Below are positions 61,911 to 64,000 of a stretch of 64,000 nt of DNA, one piece after another. This DNA is from Gammaproteobacteria bacterium (GTDB lineage: Bacteria; Pseudomonadota; Gammaproteobacteria; Ga0077536), in assembly GCA_963662545.2 (NCBI GenBank), contig CAXXLL010000002.1, positions 2,527,135 to 2,591,134 of the forward strand. The letters are read 5' to 3'. Numbering within the stretch: the stretch's first letter is position 1; every line of letters starts with the position of its first letter. The position numbers and the translations under genes are program-made. The notes beneath the pieces were generated by a model. The model was not told the DNA's origin and did no database searches. It was given only the letters and a program-made list of their open reading frames with translations.

Positions 61911-62855
61911 ATGAACTCACAAAGGAAGCGACCGTTGAAACTGGGCCTGGTTCTCCCCGAGGCCGAGTGGGACATGGGTGGCAAAACTGCTGGCTGGAGC
62001 GACTATGTGGCCATGGCCCGACTGATCGAGGACATGGGTATCGACTCCATATGGTTCGTTGATCACCTGCTTTATCGCGGCGACGCGACCACCATCGAGC
62101 AGCAGGGCGTAAGAGAATGCTGGTCCATTCTCACGGGTCTCGCGGCCATAACCGAACGAGTGGAACTGGGCTCACTGGTGACACCTACCTCGTACCGCAA
62201 CCCGGCCATGCTGGCCAAAATTGTGGATACGGTGGAGGAGATCTCCGGTGGACGAATCATCCTCGGCCTCGGTGCCGGCTGGCACGGAGATGAATACCGT
62301 GCCTTCGGCTATCCGTTCGATCGCCTGGTCTCCCGTTTTGAAGAGGCCTTTACCATTATCCGCGGCCTGCTGGTGGACGGTGCCGTGGATTTCGAGGGCA
62401 CCTATTACTCGGCCAGAGATTGCGAGCTGCGCCCGCGCGGCCCTCGCCCCAATGGGCCCCCAATCATGATCGGTTCAACCGGCAAACGCATGTTGCGTAT
62501 CACGGTGCCGCACGTTCAGATGTGGAATGCCTGGCTGTGCAGCGAACGCAGCAACGCCGACGAGGTTCCGGCACGGCGTGAGCTCGTCGATGCGGCATGC
62601 CGTGACGCGGGCCGGGATCCGGCGACGCTGGAACGCACCATCTCCATCCAGGTGGCCCCGACCGGAACAGGCAAGATACCGTTGAGTATGGCGCCGGATA
62701 CAGCCACGCCACTTTCCGGTTCGCCGCAGGAGATTGCCGCCGGCATCCGGGATTTCGCACAGCAGGGTATCGCGCACCTGCAGGTGGCTCTGGTGCCGAA
62801 TACGATTGAGAGCATCGAAAGCTTCGGGAAGGTACTGGAAGAACTGGACCGGTAA
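61911..62855 (+). CDS. LLM-class flavin-dependent oxidoreductase
   Basis: DSIWFVDH, RNPAMLAK, SGGRIILGLGAGW, PPIMIG. Confidence 0.92.
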   Translation: MNSQRKRPLKLGLVLPEAEWDMGGKTAGWSDYVAMARLIEDMGIDSIWFVDHLLYRGDATTIEQQGVRECWSILTGLAAITERVELGSLVTPTSYRNPAMLAKIVDTVEEISGGRIILGLGAGWHGDEYRAFGYPFDRLVSRFEEAFTIIRGLLVDGAVDFEGTYYSARDCELRPRGPRPNGPPIMIGSTGKRMLRITVPHVQMWNAWLCSERSNADEVPARRELVDAACRDAGRDPATLERTISIQVAPTGTGKIPLSMAPDTATPLSGSPQEIAAGIRDFAQQGIAHLQVALVPNTIESIESFGKVLEELDR

Positions 62856-63081
62856 CGGCTGCTCGAACGTGGGGTATAGCTATGTGCGAACAAGTTTCCA
62901 GCGACAAGGTGAGTACATGCTCATCGGATGAGTTTCACTCCAGTCGCAAGAACTATTACAGTGACTCTCGGGTCCATGTCGGGTCTCCAGCGAAGGAAAA
63001 ACCGACACTACAATCTGCGGTTCACACTTGAGGTGCGTATAACTCCTCTTATGTCAAACGTGATTTCCTTTCTGTTATCCG

Positions 63082-63262
63082 TCAGTTCTCTCGCAGCACT
63101 GGCTCGATTCGCTCGAGCGCCCAATCGACCTCGTCTTTGCTGATCACCAACGGAGGGGTGAAGCGAACCGTATCCTTGTGGGTTTCTTTGCACAATACGC
63201 TACGCTTCAGCAGCGCCTCGCAATACCGACGTGCACCGCCGGCTTGGGGATGGAACTCCACT
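63082..63262 (-). pseudogene. rocD: Ornithine aminotransferase C-terminal fragment
   Basis: ARRYCEAL....LCKETH..TVRF.PPLVI. Confidence 0.75.
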
Positions 63263-63564
63263 AATTGGCGGCGACCCATAATTGCTACTCGCCGGATGTT
63301 TAACGTGAAGTGGGGGGGAAGAGGTGTTAATGCCGCCTATACTTGGCACCGTCGCTCTGGCCGTCGGCCGGAGACCAGCGCTCAGGGTGCGTATGGGGTG
63401 CGTCAGCGGGCCGCGAGAGTGGGACATAAAAGCAGGAAATACGCTTCAAGACAAACCTACGGCGGGGTGAAGCGCGCGACCACCGGCCACGACCTTCGAC
63501 CTCAACCAAATTGATGTGTGGTCGCCGGGGTAGTATGTCGCGAGACCGGGCATGTCCGCTTTTG

Positions 63565-64000
63565 TTAAGGGTTGTCAGATGCCTGCCGTAGACAGTGGAC
63601 GGACTGGGTCGAGAGGGTGGGGGCAGGCGTCTGACAAGCCTCAAGGGAGGAAACCGCGGGAGAAGAACGCCGGCGCGTTGGTCGGCACGGTGCTATGGGG
63701 ATTTGAGGGTGGCGTTGTTCGGATTGATATGATCGGTAGCCAACGGCAAGCGGTGTGTCGGGCAAGAACGGGTCAGCGTGCAATGAGGTGGGTGGGTGAC
63801 CGGACGTTGAGGAGCGGGATCGGTACCGCTATGTGGTTTCGTCACGGCGCCAAGCAAGACGGTAACGTTGCCGGTGGTAAAGCGGCGATTTGTGGGCTGG
63901 TGGGCTGGCGAGTTCGAACGGTCGAGGGTCAAGGTGGGTCGCCTCCGCGGTGCGGTGGTGCACAGGGCGCGTGACCGGGCTCGAAGGTGTCGATGATGTG
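63565..64000 (-). mobile_element. Probable end of an IS91-like element (last 23 aa of CDS at 63929-64000 plus terminal hairpin)
   Basis: HIIDTFEPGHAPCAPPHRGGDPP* resembles IS91-family C-termini; 23-bp imperfect inverted repeat at 63565-63587 / 63621-63643. Confidence 0.5.

Overview
Gammaproteobacterial chromosome segment (inferred from uvrC-pgsA-tRNA Gly/Cys/Leu synteny). Bases 1 to ~17 kb are core-like: FAD oxidase, alpha-hydroxy acid oxidase, two acyl-CoA dehydrogenases, squalene-hopene cyclase, three tRNAs, pgsA, uvrC, UDG, NUDIX and a GGDEF protein. From ~17 kb to the end is an IS-riddled accessory region: IS630, two rve-type IS, IS21, IS3, IS4, three IS1182 copies that look identical, MITEs, IS91/ISCR remnants and a decayed primase island. 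The main signal is nine co-oriented copies of an ~87-145 bp composite repeat (21.7-61.2 kb). Each copy has ~27 bp imperfect palindromic units separated by spacers of fixed length (33 and 31 bp by manual count). Between 42 and 61 kb these repeats divide the DNA into modules, mostly of 1-2 genes, that carry small detox-type enzymes and former integron cassettes. An IS1182 element and its 160 bp MITE sit at the same GACC in 6 of the 9 copies. A probable IS91-like element end abuts a half-unit at 63.55 kb. No cognate recombinase is visible in the window. All calls come from manual reading; no database searches were run.
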